A DNA stretch of 64,000 nt from assembly GCA_035466435.1 (NCBI GenBank), contig DATIUW010000106.1, positions 422-64,421 on the forward strand. The letters run 5' to 3'. Each line of letters begins with the position of its first letter. Within the stretch, counting starts at the first letter, position 1. Made by a program: the position numbers and the translations under genes. The notes under the pieces are model-generated. The model did not search any database. It saw only the letters and a list, made by a program, of their open reading frames with translations, and was not told where the DNA came from. This document shows positions 1 to 9,847 of this stretch, one piece after another. The DNA is from Polyangiales bacterium. Lineage in GTDB: Bacteria; Myxococcota_A; Polyangia; Polyangiales; Houyiibacteriaceae.

Positions 1-2
1 GG

Positions 3-39
3 AAAGTAATCAAGCGGCGGCTTGTGTCAAGGTGGCAAC
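3..39 (-). repeat. 37-bp direct repeat, copy A: sigma70-like promoter (TTGACA-16 nt-TACTTT on minus strand) firing out of the window
   Basis: 34/37 identical to 158-194; reverse complement reads TTGACA caagccgccgcttgat TACTTT. Confidence 0.75.
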
Positions 40-102
40 TGACGGCGGTGTGTACGCTGCGGGTGGGCCCTTCATCCCCACCCCGCCACCCCCACGCGAG
101 CG

Positions 103-140
103 CCTGAGTCTAGCGCGTCTGCCAGTTCCGCCACTTCCGC
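103..140 (-). pseudogene. tRNA-Leu(CAG) 5' half only, truncated in the anticodon loop
   Basis: Minus strand GCGGAAG TG GCGGAACTGGCAGACGC G CTAGA CT CAG G gives acceptor 5' strand, D-arm, anticodon 5' stem and CAG; the expected TCTAG, variable arm and T-arm are absent from the following 102 nt. Confidence 0.8.
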
Positions 141-157
141 AGGAAAGCGGGGGCCGA

Positions 158-194
158 AAAGTAATCAAGCTGCGGCTTGTGTGAAGGCGGCAAC
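158..194 (-). promoter_or_regulatory. 37-bp direct repeat, copy B: promoter of the tRNA-Leu fragment (TTCACA-16 nt-TACTTT)
   Basis: Lies about 18 nt upstream of the tRNA 5' end with a GC-rich discriminator; near-identical to 3-39. Confidence 0.65.
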
Positions 195-278
195 CGCCCC
201 CTGGGTACTGGGCAGCGAGTGGCCCCTTCACACGGCCTTCGGCCGGCGGTTCGTTCCGCCCGACCACCCGTGGGGCCT

Positions 279-698
279 TCAAACGAAGCTGGTCGGAACT
301 TTGCTTGCGCTCACCACGAGCTGCCGAGCGGCTTCGACGAATCGAACGATGGTCGGCAGATGCCCGCGGCCTAGCTTGAGCTTGCCCTCCATCAGTCCCT
401 TGATCGGATCCAGCTTGCCTTCGATGACCTCTTGCCAGCGCGTGTACGAAGCCACGAACGTGAACTCGGCGGCGCCGGAGCGGTCAGCCCCTTCCACGTA
501 GGTGGCGGCACGGCATTCGCCGCCATGGACATCCAGCACGATTCCTGCGTCTCGTGGCAGACCGATGGTCGGGTCTGCAAGCACGATGATCGCCACGGTC
601 CCAAACGTCCAGCACTTGCCGGCGTCTCGGTATGCGGGGTTGTTGTTCAGCGCGGTGCGGTAGGCTTCAGCCCACTCCGCGGAAGGGAATCGATGCAC
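279..698 (-). CDS. SCP2 sterol/lipid-carrier domain protein
   Basis: FPSAEW...LNNN N-terminus and WQEVIEGKLDPIKGLMEGKLKL signature; GTG start with GGAG upstream. Confidence 0.8.
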   Translation of the reverse strand: MHRFPSAEWAEAYRTALNNNPAYRDAGKCWTFGTVAIIVLADPTIGLPRDAGIVLDVHGGECRAATYVEGADRSGAAEFTFVASYTRWQEVIEGKLDPIKGLMEGKLKLGRGHLPTIVRFVEAARQLVVSASKVPTSFV

Positions 699-782
699 AA
701 GCGAACTCCATGCCCGGCCCGGGTTCGCCTCCTTAGCGTGGAGCGTCGGCCCGTGCAACGGCGGCATGCTAAGAGCCTCACC

Positions 783-1541
783 GTGCGTGTGCTTCATTCG
801 GCGCTTCTCGAGCGCCATGGCTTCCGCCATGGCTTTGCAACTCGCGTCGGCGGTGTCAGCGCGGCGCCTTTCGACACGCTCAATCTCGGCTTTCACTTGG
901 GCGATGACGATGACGCAGTCCGGCAAAACCGCCTTCGCTTCGTCAGAAGCCTCGGTCTTTCAATCGAGCAGCTCTTCGAGCAGCGGCAAGTCCATGGAAA
1001 CGAGGTTCGAGAGGTAACGAGCTCGGACGACACCGAAGAGATCCAGAACCGGGAAGGCGATGCGCTCGTCGCGCGCGACGTTGGGATTGCCGTGGCTGCG
1101 CGCACCGCCGACTGTGTTCCCGTGCTGCTCGCCCATCCGCCGAGCGGAGACGTTGCCGCGGTGCATGCAGGATGGCGCGGCGCCGTGGCGGGTGTCGTAG
1201 GCCGGGCTGTCGTGGCGATGAAGCAGCCGCCCGCCGAGCTCGTCGCGGCGATCGGCCCTCACATTCGCGTCGGCGCATTCGAAGTCGGCGAGGAGGTTGC
1301 GCGCGAGCTCGAGCTCGCTTCGAAGCGGCGCCCGGTCGTCGAGCGAGGGGCTGACAAGCCCCACGGCGATCTCGCGGCGCTCATCCGGCTACAACTCCTC
1401 GATCGGGGCCTTCCATCGACTGCCATCGATGATGTGGGCGGCTGCACACACGATGAGCCGGACCTGTTCTTTTCGCATCGGCGTGACCGCGGGAAGACGG
1501 GCCGGCATCTGTCGGTGATCGTCGCCCGCCCGTCGCGCTGA
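783..1541 (+). CDS. pgeF: YfiH/PgeF family purine nucleoside phosphorylase (laccase-like domain)
   Basis: GFATRVGGVS, QVHG, TADCVPV, HAGWRG and FFSHRR motifs; start approximate. Confidence 0.9.
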   Translation: MRVLHSALLERHGFRHGFATRVGGVSAAPFDTLNLGFHLGDDDDAVRQNRLRFVRSLGLSIEQLFEQRQVHGNEVREVTSSDDTEEIQNREGDALVARDVGIAVAARTADCVPVLLAHPPSGDVAAVHAGWRGAVAGVVGRAVVAMKQPPAELVAAIGPHIRVGAFEVGEEVARELELASKRRPVVERGADKPHGDLAALIRLQLLDRGLPSTAIDDVGGCTHDEPDLFFSHRRDRGKTGRHLSVIVARPSR

Positions 1542-1600
1542 AGTCTCGGCGCGGCATTCCAAGGGTCGCTCGGATTGGCGCTTCATGCTATTTCCCGTCC

Positions 1601-2440
1601 GTGGCGGACTTCGCCAAGACCAAAGCCGGAGTCGATGCCTCCGAAAAGAAAACCCTAGGCCAAGGGCTCTTCCGCAAGTGTGACGAGTGCGGCGATGCGG
1701 TGAAGAAGCAGGACTTCGAGCGGAACCTCGAAGTTTGTCCGGCCTGCGGGTTTCACTTCCACTTGCCAGCAGAGCGCTGGATCGAGGTCCTCACCGACCC
1801 AGGGACTTGGGCGGCTCTCGACACCGATTTGGTATCCGCCGATCCAATCGGCTTCGTCGATTCGAAGCCCTATCCGGAACGGATCGAGGCGGCCCGCAGG
1901 TCGACCGGCGTCAACGACGCAATCTTGGCAGGCGCAGCCCGCATCGACGAGCGACCGATTCAGCTCGGTGTGTTCGTGTTTCGCTTCATGGGCGGCTCGA
2001 TGGGCTCGGTCGTCGGTGAGGTCATCACCCGGATGATGGAGCGCGGCGTGGAGCACCAGCACCCCGTGGTCCTGCTCTCGTGCTCGGGCGGGGCGCGTAT
2101 GCAGGAGGGGTCCTTGTCGTTGATGCAGATGGCCAAGACCGTCGCGGCTCGGGCTCGTCTACGTGATGCAGGCGTCCCCTTCATCAGCGTGTTGCTCAAT
2201 CCGACGACCGGTGGCGTGGCCGCGAGCTTCGCGCTGCAAGGAGACGTCAACATCGCCGAGCCGGGGGCACTGATTGGGTTCGCCGGGCCTCGAGTCATCG
2301 AGGACACGATTCGCGAAAAGCTTCCCGATGGATTCCAGCGCGCCGAGTTCCTGTTGGAGCACGGCATGATCGACATGATCTCCACACGTCAGAACATGCG
2401 CCGCAACGTCGCGCGCATGGTCGAGTATCTGGCAGGGTGA
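1601..2440 (+). CDS. accD: acetyl-CoA carboxylase carboxyltransferase beta subunit
   Basis: CxxC...CxxC zinc finger, FMGGSMGS, SGGARMQEG, PTTGGVAAS, GFAGPRVI. Confidence 0.97.
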   Translation: MADFAKTKAGVDASEKKTLGQGLFRKCDECGDAVKKQDFERNLEVCPACGFHFHLPAERWIEVLTDPGTWAALDTDLVSADPIGFVDSKPYPERIEAARRSTGVNDAILAGAARIDERPIQLGVFVFRFMGGSMGSVVGEVITRMMERGVEHQHPVVLLSCSGGARMQEGSLSLMQMAKTVAARARLRDAGVPFISVLLNPTTGGVAASFALQGDVNIAEPGALIGFAGPRVIEDTIREKLPDGFQRAEFLLEHGMIDMISTRQNMRRNVARMVEYLAG

Positions 2441-3708
2441 CGCGGTACCAGGAAGCGCTCCGCTGGCTCTACGGATTGGAGTCCGGCGGTATCAAGCTCG
2501 GGATCGAGCGCACTGCCGAGGCCGCCGAGCTACGCGGCCATCCGGAACGCGCTCTTCGCCACGTGCACGTGGCGGGCACCAATGGAAAAGGCAGCGTCGC
2601 TGCCATGCTCGAATCGACCTTGCGTGCAGCGGGGTACCGGACGGGATTCTTCTCCTCGCCTCACCTGCAGCGTTACGTCGAGCGCATCCGGATCGGCGGG
2701 CGTCCCATCTCCGAGCGTGAGGCCGCCGCGCGTATCGAGGATCTCCGGGCCGATACCCGCCTGCCCCCGCTGTCATTCTTCGAGTTCACGACGCTGCTCG
2801 GGTTCGAGGCGTTTCGGGATGCTCGATGTGACGTCGTCGTGCTCGAGGTCGGGCTCGGAGGCCGCCTCGATTCGACTAACATCGTCTCGCCGGAGGCGTG
2901 TGTCATCACGAGCATCGGTCTCGAGCATCAACGGATTCTCGGCGATACACTCGCCAAGATCGCCCGTGAAAAGGCCGGTGTCATCAAGCCAGGCGTCCCG
3001 TGCGTCGTCGGTGCGCGCGGCAAGAGCGTTCGCCGCGCGATCAGCTCGAAAGCTCGCGCGGTCGGTGCGCCGGTGCGCTGGATCGACAGGGACTTTGGGA
3101 GCGCCCGGCACGAGGGCTCCCTGTCGGTACGGGTAGGAGAGCAAACCTGGGACGACCTCCGCCTCGGGCTACGGGGAGGCTACCAGGCAGACAACGCCGC
3201 GTGCGCGATTGCGACCCTATGCGAGCTCAGGCAACGCGGCTTCTCCGTATCCGACGCAAACATTCGCGAGGGGCTCGAGCGGGTGAAGTGGCCAGGCCGC
3301 CTCGAATCGATCCCTGGCCGGCCGGCCTTCTTGTTTGACGCTGCTCACAACGCAGCAGGCTGTGAGACGCTCGCCTTCCATCTCGAGGAGCTCGCGTTTC
3401 CGGGCCGCGTCGTGCTTCTATTCGGTGCGATGCGAGACAAGGATCACCGCCGCATGCTCGCTTCCTTCGACGGGCTCGTAGAGCGCCGCCTCTATGCTGC
3501 GCCCCCGATTCCGCGCTCCGAGAGGCCGGAGCGCCTCGCAAAAATCCGCGCGGGAACGACCTGCAGAAGCGTCCGCGACGGCGTGGCGCGTGCCAGACGC
3601 GCGGCGGGCCCCGAAGGTCTCGTGGTCGTGGCCGGCTCGATATTTTTGGTGTCGGAGGCCCGCGCGATCGTCAAAAACGTTCGGACCGATCCTCCCATCG
3701 CAATGTGA
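2437..3708 (+). CDS. folC: folylpolyglutamate synthase/dihydrofolate synthase
   Basis: HVAGTNGKGS, EVGLGGRLDSTN, WPGRLE, DAAHN; GTGA overlap with accD. Confidence 0.95.
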   Translation: MTRYQEALRWLYGLESGGIKLGIERTAEAAELRGHPERALRHVHVAGTNGKGSVAAMLESTLRAAGYRTGFFSSPHLQRYVERIRIGGRPISEREAAARIEDLRADTRLPPLSFFEFTTLLGFEAFRDARCDVVVLEVGLGGRLDSTNIVSPEACVITSIGLEHQRILGDTLAKIAREKAGVIKPGVPCVVGARGKSVRRAISSKARAVGAPVRWIDRDFGSARHEGSLSVRVGEQTWDDLRLGLRGGYQADNAACAIATLCELRQRGFSVSDANIREGLERVKWPGRLESIPGRPAFLFDAAHNAAGCETLAFHLEELAFPGRVVLLFGAMRDKDHRRMLASFDGLVERRLYAAPPIPRSERPERLAKIRAGTTCRSVRDGVARARRAAGPEGLVVVAGSIFLVSEARAIVKNVRTDPPIAM

Positions 3709-3733
3709 CGGCTTCTGCGCTACAAGTGCGCCG

Positions 3734-4753
3734 ATGAGTGTGTTCTTGAAGGCCTGTCGGCGGGAGCCGACTCCCTACACGCCGATCTGGATCATGCGGC
3801 AAGCCGGGCGCTACCAGCCGGAATATCGCGCGCTCCGAGAGCGGGTGAGCTTCATCGAGCTTTGTAAGACGCCCGAGCTCGCATGCGAGGTGACGGTGCG
3901 AGCGGTGGATCAATTGGGCGTGGATGCGGGGATCATCTTTGCCGACATTCTCTTGATTCTGGAGCCGCTGCAGATCGGATTCGAGTTCACCGACGACCGC
4001 GGGCCTAGAATCATGAATCCGATTCGCAACGCCGCGCAGGTCGATCGCATTCCGGAGCGCATCGATGCGGCCGAATCGTTGCGGTACGTGATGGACGCGA
4101 TCCGCACGACCGAGAAGGAGCTCACGGTGCCGCTCATCGGTTTTGCCGGCGCTCCCTTTACCTTGGCTTCGTATGCGATCGAGGGGGGTGGTTCCAAGGA
4201 CTACTACGAGACCAAGAAGATCATGTACGGTGACGAAGGACTGTGGAATGCGTTCATGACGAAGCTCTCCGCAGCGATTGCCGACTACCTGAGGGCGCAG
4301 ATCGATGCGGGCGCGCAAGCGGTTCAGCTCTTCGATAGCTGGATCGGCTGTCTTTCTGCTGCGGACTATCGCCGTTACGTTCTCCCGCACACTAGAGCGA
4401 TCTTCGATGCGCTGCCCGAGGACACGCCAGCCATTCACTTCGGCACCGGAAATCCTGCGCTCTATCCCGCGATGCGGGAAGCTGGCGGAGACGTGATCGG
4501 AATCGATTGGCGCATCTCCATCGACGAAGTTTGGTCGGTCCTCGGCGACGGTGTCGGTCTCCAGGGCAACATGGACCCGGCAGCCCTGCTCACTTCACCG
4601 GAAGTATTGCGGGCGCGCGCCTCCGAGGTGTTGCAAAGCGCAGCCGGCCGCCCGGGCCACATCTTCAATCTCGGCCACGGCATCATGCCGCAAGCCACGG
4701 TCGATCAGGCCCGCACCCTGGTCGATCACGTGCATGAAGCCAGCCAGCGTTAG
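3734..4753 (+). CDS. hemE: uroporphyrinogen decarboxylase
   Basis: PIWIMRQAGRY, IGFAGAPFTLASY, QLFDSW, FNLGHG. Confidence 0.97.
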   Translation: MSVFLKACRREPTPYTPIWIMRQAGRYQPEYRALRERVSFIELCKTPELACEVTVRAVDQLGVDAGIIFADILLILEPLQIGFEFTDDRGPRIMNPIRNAAQVDRIPERIDAAESLRYVMDAIRTTEKELTVPLIGFAGAPFTLASYAIEGGGSKDYYETKKIMYGDEGLWNAFMTKLSAAIADYLRAQIDAGAQAVQLFDSWIGCLSAADYRRYVLPHTRAIFDALPEDTPAIHFGTGNPALYPAMREAGGDVIGIDWRISIDEVWSVLGDGVGLQGNMDPAALLTSPEVLRARASEVLQSAAGRPGHIFNLGHGIMPQATVDQARTLVDHVHEASQR

Positions 4754-5448
4754 TTCTTGCGAACGCCGATGAAGTGGAAGGTGAGGCCGAACGTGCCCGT
4801 CATCTGCCGGCCGAGAATCCATGACTGGAATCGAGCACCGGTGTTCGGATCATCGCCTCGAAGCGAGATGCCGACGAAGCTCCAATCGACGGATCCGACC
4901 AAGGACATCCAACGGATGAGCGGGATCCGAATACCTACGCCACCCGTTGCGACGATGCCTCCATTGTCCACGTTGGTCAACCCGTACGGATTGCCGTTTA
5001 ACAACTTCGCGAAACCGAGATCGACTCGGAACATGATGTGCACGTAGGGGATGCGAATCGTGGGTTGAAACTCGAGACCCGTCTTCATGAGCTTGTACTG
5101 ATCGTAGTTGGCCTGACGATAGAACCAGCCGAGGAAAAACGGGCCGCCGAAGGCCGTGCCGACGGCAAAGCCTCCTTCGAGCCCTTTGACGCGAGGCGCA
5201 TTGGGGACGTTGCTGAGACTCAGGCTTCCAAAGTTGTCCGGATCGTAACCCGACGGTCCCAAGAAGCCCTCGATCCAAAGCCAGCCCTGCACCTTTCTGT
5301 AGTACGGCCCTCGCTCGTCTTCTTCCTTCTTGGGCGCTTCGGCCGCTGCTTCCGGTTCTGCTTCGTCGACCGTGCCCACCTCGTCCTGCGCCGAGGCGGT
5401 GTTTCCGAACACGAGCAACCCCGCGATTATCCAAATTGCATGCCTCAT
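4750..5448 (-). CDS. secreted protein, probable small outer-membrane beta-barrel
   Basis: Signal peptide (MRHAIWIIAGLLVFGNTASAQ), acidic linker, Gly/aromatic alternating strands, C-terminal FGLTFHF. Confidence 0.6.
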   Translation of the reverse strand: MRHAIWIIAGLLVFGNTASAQDEVGTVDEAEPEAAAEAPKKEEDERGPYYRKVQGWLWIEGFLGPSGYDPDNFGSLSLSNVPNAPRVKGLEGGFAVGTAFGGPFFLGWFYRQANYDQYKLMKTGLEFQPTIRIPYVHIMFRVDLGFAKLLNGNPYGLTNVDNGGIVATGGVGIRIPLIRWMSLVGSVDWSFVGISLRGDDPNTGARFQSWILGRQMTGTFGLTFHFIGVRKN

Positions 5449-5553
5449 GAGCTCTCTCCCCATCTGGAATTCGCGCCCGCGGAATGCTTCTTGCAAATCC
5501 CGCGCCCGACCGCTTTCATCGCCCACGGACCATAACACAGGAGCGCGAAGCAC

Positions 5554-6747
5554 GTGAGATCCGGGACGCCACGAAATACTTTCAAGCCGTGGCGCAAATT
5601 GTTCGCGTATCCGAGGGGTTTCGAAGCTTCGGTTTCCGGCAATCGTGTGACGCTGCTCCACGACGGTGAGCAGGCGCTCCCGGCGATGCTCGAGGCAATC
5701 GCGGAGGCAGAGCACGAAATCCTCGTGGAGATGTATTGGTTCGGATCCGATCGGACCGGGCGCCGGTTTGCAGACGCGCTGAGCATGCGAGCCGCAGAGG
5801 GCGTTCGCGTGCGTGTCCTCTACGACGCCGTAGGAAGCATTCAAAGCGACGGTCGGATGTTCGCGCGGATGCGTGACGCGGGCTGCGAGGTCGAGGAATA
5901 CAATCCGATCGCGCCCTGGAGAGCGCGCTTCCGGATAGGCGTCGTCAACAATCGCGATCATCGCAAGCTGCTGGTGGTCGATCGCCGCGTGGGCTTCACC
6001 GGAGGCGTCAACCTGGGTGATGAATGGGCTCCTTTGGAGGAGGGAGGTGGGGGCTGGCGTGACGATACGGTTCGTATCGAAGGACCGGCAGTCGAGCAGA
6101 TGCGTCACATCTTCGAAGCAGGATGGCGCCGTACCGTGGAGCCTTCCACGGCCGGTGAGCCGCCGGTGCGTCCGTCGCTCGAGGACGGCGACGGCAGCGG
6201 CAGCCGCGTTTTGGTCTTGGCGAATCAACATCCAGGTGAACGTCGCGCCATACGGCAGGCCTATCTGAGCCGCATCCAAGAGGCGAAACGGTCCGTGTGC
6301 ATCACCAACAGTTACTTCGTGCCCGACGGCCAGATCCAGCGCGCGCTCGCAGATGCGGTCGCGCGCGGCGCGGCGGTCCGGATCATCGTGCCCGGCAAGA
6401 GTGACGTCACGGCCGTCTGGCACGCGGCCCGCAAGCTCTATGGACGTCTCTTGAAAGCCGGGATTGTCCTTTACGAGTGGCAGGGCTCGATGCTCCACGC
6501 CAAGACGGCGGTCATCGACGGCCGTTGGTGCACGATTGGCACCTACAATCTCGATTCACGGTCCTTGCGCTTCAATTTGGAGGTAGTGGCCACCATCGAG
6601 GACGCCGAGGTGGCCCATGCCATGGAGCAGCGTTTCCAAGCGGATCTGGCGAACGCCAAGCCGGTGTCATACGAACGATGGAGGCGTCGCCCCCTGTCGG
6701 CACGGATGCTAGACGATTTCTTTCATCGCTTTCACAAGTTGCTGTGA
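5554..6747 (+). CDS. clsB: cardiolipin synthase (ClsB-like, PLD superfamily)
   Basis: Two HKD motifs (HRKLLVVD, HAKTAVID), SYFVP, NLDSRSLRFNLE; no N-terminal TM segments. Confidence 0.88.
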   Translation: MRSGTPRNTFKPWRKLFAYPRGFEASVSGNRVTLLHDGEQALPAMLEAIAEAEHEILVEMYWFGSDRTGRRFADALSMRAAEGVRVRVLYDAVGSIQSDGRMFARMRDAGCEVEEYNPIAPWRARFRIGVVNNRDHRKLLVVDRRVGFTGGVNLGDEWAPLEEGGGGWRDDTVRIEGPAVEQMRHIFEAGWRRTVEPSTAGEPPVRPSLEDGDGSGSRVLVLANQHPGERRAIRQAYLSRIQEAKRSVCITNSYFVPDGQIQRALADAVARGAAVRIIVPGKSDVTAVWHAARKLYGRLLKAGIVLYEWQGSMLHAKTAVIDGRWCTIGTYNLDSRSLRFNLEVVATIEDAEVAHAMEQRFQADLANAKPVSYERWRRRPLSARMLDDFFHRFHKLL

Positions 6748-6748
6748 C

Positions 6749-7342
6749 GTGGAACGCAAGCCCCGACACATCTATCTCGATCCCCTCGATGCCGTCTGGT
6801 TGACGGTCGCGAAACGCATCGGCTTTCGAGTCGAGCGATCGACGGAGGTCTATGCATCGACCGATGGAATGGGCCGGATGATCATCGGGCACCCTGGCAC
6901 GCTCGACCCCGATGACTGCCTCGCCCAGATGATCCTGCACGAGCTCTGTCACTCGCTGATCGAAGGGCCGCGAAGCCTCGGTGTCGTCGACTTCGGCCTC
7001 GACAACGAGAGCGAGCGCGACGTGCAGCGCGAGCACGCATGCCTCCGGCTCCAGGCGTGGCTCACCGCCAAATACGGCCTGCGCCGGGTGCTCGCGCCCA
7101 CCACCGACTTCCGGGGCTACTACGATCAGCTTCCGGCCGATCCGTTGGCCGACGACGACGAGGACGACCCTGCAGTCGCCCTCGCCCGGGCAGGCGCTGC
7201 TCGCTCGGAACGGTCTCCGTGGGCGCCGCATCTGCGCCAGGGCCTCGAGGCGACCGCCAGAATCATCGAGGCCGTATCCGAGCTGGGGGCCGCCGATCCC
7301 TCCGGCCCGCAGCTCCCTATCTGGGCGGAATTCGAGCGTTAG
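6749..7342 (+). CDS. hypothetical HExxH protein, weakly EpmC/YfcM-like
   Basis: ILHELCHSLIEG...VDFG motif; starts 1 nt after the cls stop. Confidence 0.65.
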   Translation: MERKPRHIYLDPLDAVWLTVAKRIGFRVERSTEVYASTDGMGRMIIGHPGTLDPDDCLAQMILHELCHSLIEGPRSLGVVDFGLDNESERDVQREHACLRLQAWLTAKYGLRRVLAPTTDFRGYYDQLPADPLADDDEDDPAVALARAGAARSERSPWAPHLRQGLEATARIIEAVSELGAADPSGPQLPIWAEFER

Positions 7343-7394
7343 CGCGCGGGCGCTCCCCCTGAGCCGCACCCCCGGCTGGCACCCCCCCTCTCGC

Positions 7395-7412
7395 GTGGTA
7401 TACGAGCGCCCG
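7395..7412 (+). promoter_or_regulatory. rpsB extended -10 promoter with GC-rich discriminator
   Basis: GTGGTATACGAGCGCCC resembles the conserved rpsB promoter TGTGGTATAAAGCGCGCC. Confidence 0.55.
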
Positions 7413-7449
7413 CTTCTCCGGAAGCCGGGCGTCGTTTCGGCCCCGAAAT

Positions 7450-7535
7450 CATACACATCTCCTGGCTCGATCAGGCGTTCCGGTGCCCTTCGGGGTTGTT
7501 CGCCTGGGGAGATGGCAGCGCAACCGAAAGGAGAA
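7450..7535 (+). ncRNA. rpsB 5' leader (t44-like S2 autoregulatory element)
   Basis: ACACA...GGTGCCCTTCGGGGTT...AACC pattern directly upstream of rpsB. Confidence 0.55.
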
Positions 7536-7542
7536 ACGAGCA

Positions 7543-8418
7543 ATGGCTCAACCTACCCACGAGATCCAGGAGGCGCCCGAGTTGGCGGCTCTCGGTGGTC
7601 CCGAAGTCGCTTCGGGCGATCTTCCAATCGGCCTCAGGGCCCTCATCGATGCCGGCGTGCATTTCGGTCACCAGACCAAGCGCTGGAACCCGCGGATGCG
7701 CCCCTACATCTACGGCGCCCGCAATGGCATTCACATCATCGACCTCGATCAGACCGCCGAGCTCTTCAAGCGTGCCTACAACTTCGTCGGAGATGCAGTC
7801 GGACGCGGCGGGCACGTGCTCTTCGTCGGCACCAAGCGTCAGGCCGCCGAGGTCGTCCGTGAGGAAGCCACGAGGGCAGGGCAGTTCTTCGTGACTGGCC
7901 GCTGGCTGGGTGGAACGCTCACCAACTTCCGCACGATGAAAGGGGGCATCGAACGCCTTCGCGACATCGAGCAACAGGTCGAAGACGGCACCATCAATGT
8001 CCTCCGCAAGAAGGAAGCGCTGTCGCTTCGTCGTGAGGCGGAGAAGCTCGAGAAGTACCTCGGCGGCATCAAGATGATGAACAGCCTCCCGTCCGTGCTC
8101 TACGTGGTCGATCCCCAGAACGAGCACATCGCCGTGAGCGAGGCTCGCAAGCTCCACATCCCCATCGTGGCGCTCACCGACACGAACTGCGACCCCGACC
8201 TGATCGACTTCGTCATTCCCGGCAACGACGATGCGATTCGCTCGATCAAGCTGATCACCTCCCGAATCGCCGATGCGTGCATCGAGGGTGGTCAGAGACA
8301 TCGCGAGTTCTTGCAGCACGAAGGCGCCCAGGCGCCGTCAGCGGCCAGCGAGGGGGTCCAGGTCGAGTTCGCGCGCAAGCGCGGCTCGGCGCCCGCAGCT
8401 CCGGAAGGAAACGAATGA
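7543..8418 (+). CDS. rpsB: 30S ribosomal protein S2
   Basis: [45 protein letters not shown]. Confidence 0.98.
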   Translation: MAQPTHEIQEAPELAALGGPEVASGDLPIGLRALIDAGVHFGHQTKRWNPRMRPYIYGARNGIHIIDLDQTAELFKRAYNFVGDAVGRGGHVLFVGTKRQAAEVVREEATRAGQFFVTGRWLGGTLTNFRTMKGGIERLRDIEQQVEDGTINVLRKKEALSLRREAEKLEKYLGGIKMMNSLPSVLYVVDPQNEHIAVSEARKLHIPIVALTDTNCDPDLIDFVIPGNDDAIRSIKLITSRIADACIEGGQRHREFLQHEGAQAPSAASEGVQVEFARKRGSAPAAPEGNE

Positions 8419-9092
8419 TGGCCGAAATCACTGCATCCATGGTCAAGTCACTTCGCGATCGTACTGGCGCCGGCATGATGGCGTGCCGGGATGCGCTTCG
8501 CGAGACCGAAGGAGACGAGGAAAAGGCAATCGAGATCATTCAGAAGAAGGGTCTCAGCAAAGTCGCCAAGAAAGCGGGCGCCATTGCAGGGGATGGCCTG
8601 GTTCACGCCTACATCCACGGTGCGGGGCGGGTAGGTGTCCTCGTCGAGGTCAACTGCCAGACCGACTTCGTGGCGCGCAACGAGGACTTCCGGCAGTTCG
8701 TCGAGGAGACTGCGATGCAGATCGCCGCGGAGGCGCCGCTGTTCGTGAGCGAGGACGACATCCCGGAGAACGAGCTCCTCGCCCAGACGGCGATCTTCCG
8801 AGGGCAGATCGAAGAAGAAGGCAGACAGACCGGAAAAGAGAAGCCGGCTGCGGCCGTCGAAAAGATCGTCGAAGGCAAGCTCGCCAAGTGGAAAAAGGAC
8901 GTCTGCCTTCTCGATCAGCAGTCGATCATGGGTGACGAGAAGACGATTCGTCAGCGCATGGAAGAGCTCAGCGCCAAGATCGGCGAAAAGATCAACGTGC
9001 GACGCTTCACTCGATACGAGCTCGGCGAGGGGATCGAGAAAAAGAAATCAGACCTCGCGGCAGAGGTGACCGAAGCGCTAAAAGGCTCTTGA
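8418..9092 (+). CDS. tsf: elongation factor Ts (short form)
   Basis: [36 protein letters not shown]. Confidence 0.97.
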   Translation: MAEITASMVKSLRDRTGAGMMACRDALRETEGDEEKAIEIIQKKGLSKVAKKAGAIAGDGLVHAYIHGAGRVGVLVEVNCQTDFVARNEDFRQFVEETAMQIAAEAPLFVSEDDIPENELLAQTAIFRGQIEEEGRQTGKEKPAAAVEKIVEGKLAKWKKDVCLLDQQSIMGDEKTIRQRMEELSAKIGEKINVRRFTRYELGEGIEKKKSDLAAEVTEALKGS

Positions 9093-9095
9093 ATC

Positions 9096-9824
9096 ATGTC
9101 GAACGGGGCGAAGCTCACGCGGGTGCTGCTGAAGCTGTCGGGGGAGGCGCTTTCGGGCGGCTCCTCCGGGGAGAGCATCGACCCCACCATTCTCACGGCG
9201 ATCAGCGAAGAGCTGGCTGAAGTTCACGCGAGCGGATGCCAGATCGGCATCGTCATCGGAGGCGGCAACATCTTTCGTGGCCTCAAGGGCAGCGCAAGCG
9301 GCATGGATCGCACCGCTGCCGACCACATGGGCATGTTGGCCACGGTCATCAACGGCATCGCGCTGCAGGATGGTCTGGAGAAGGCCGGAGTGAATACCCG
9401 CGTCATGAGCGCCTTGGAGATCAAGGCCGTGTGCGAGCCTTACATTCGCCGCAGAGCCGTCCGACACCTCGAGAAGGGCCGCGTCGTGATCTTCGTGGCG
9501 GGAACGGGGAATCCGTACTTCTCGACGGACACGGCCGCCGCCCTTCGGGCGATGGAGATACGGGCCAACGCCCTGTGCAAGGCCACCAAGGTCGAGGGGA
9601 TCTACGACAAAGATCCGACGAAGCATCCCGATGCGATCATGGTGCGGAGGCTCAGCTACGACCAGTTCTTGATGGAAAGAGTGGGCGTCATGGACGCCAC
9701 GGCCGTGGCCCTATGTCGCGACAACGACCTGCCGATCCGCGTATTCAAGCTGGGCCAGCCCGGCAACATTAAACGGGTTGTCATGGGCGAAGACGTCGGT
9801 AGCCTAGTGACGGCCGAGGGCTGA
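9096..9824 (+). CDS. pyrH: uridylate kinase
   Basis: [34 protein letters not shown]. Confidence 0.98.
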   Translation: MSNGAKLTRVLLKLSGEALSGGSSGESIDPTILTAISEELAEVHASGCQIGIVIGGGNIFRGLKGSASGMDRTAADHMGMLATVINGIALQDGLEKAGVNTRVMSALEIKAVCEPYIRRRAVRHLEKGRVVIFVAGTGNPYFSTDTAAALRAMEIRANALCKATKVEGIYDKDPTKHPDAIMVRRLSYDQFLMERVGVMDATAVALCRDNDLPIRVFKLGQPGNIKRVVMGEDVGSLVTAEG

Positions 9825-9847
9825 TTTCCCCTCGACGCGAGGAACCG

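Noticed and set aside
103..140. Intact or intron-containing tRNA-Leu
   Set aside because: No 3' anticodon stem, T-arm or group I intron core in the 102 nt available, and a promoter copy follows instead. It cannot be fully excluded beyond the window edge.
3..194. 37-bp direct repeats as a possible CRISPR array end
   Set aside because: Only two copies, 118 nt apart. The spacer holds a tRNA fragment, the repeat reads as a -35/-10 promoter, and there are no cas genes.
5449..6498. N-terminal 350 aa of the 582-aa minus-strand ORF 4750..6498
   Set aside because: Antisense shadow of the cardiolipin synthase. The real protein starts at the signal peptide at 5448.
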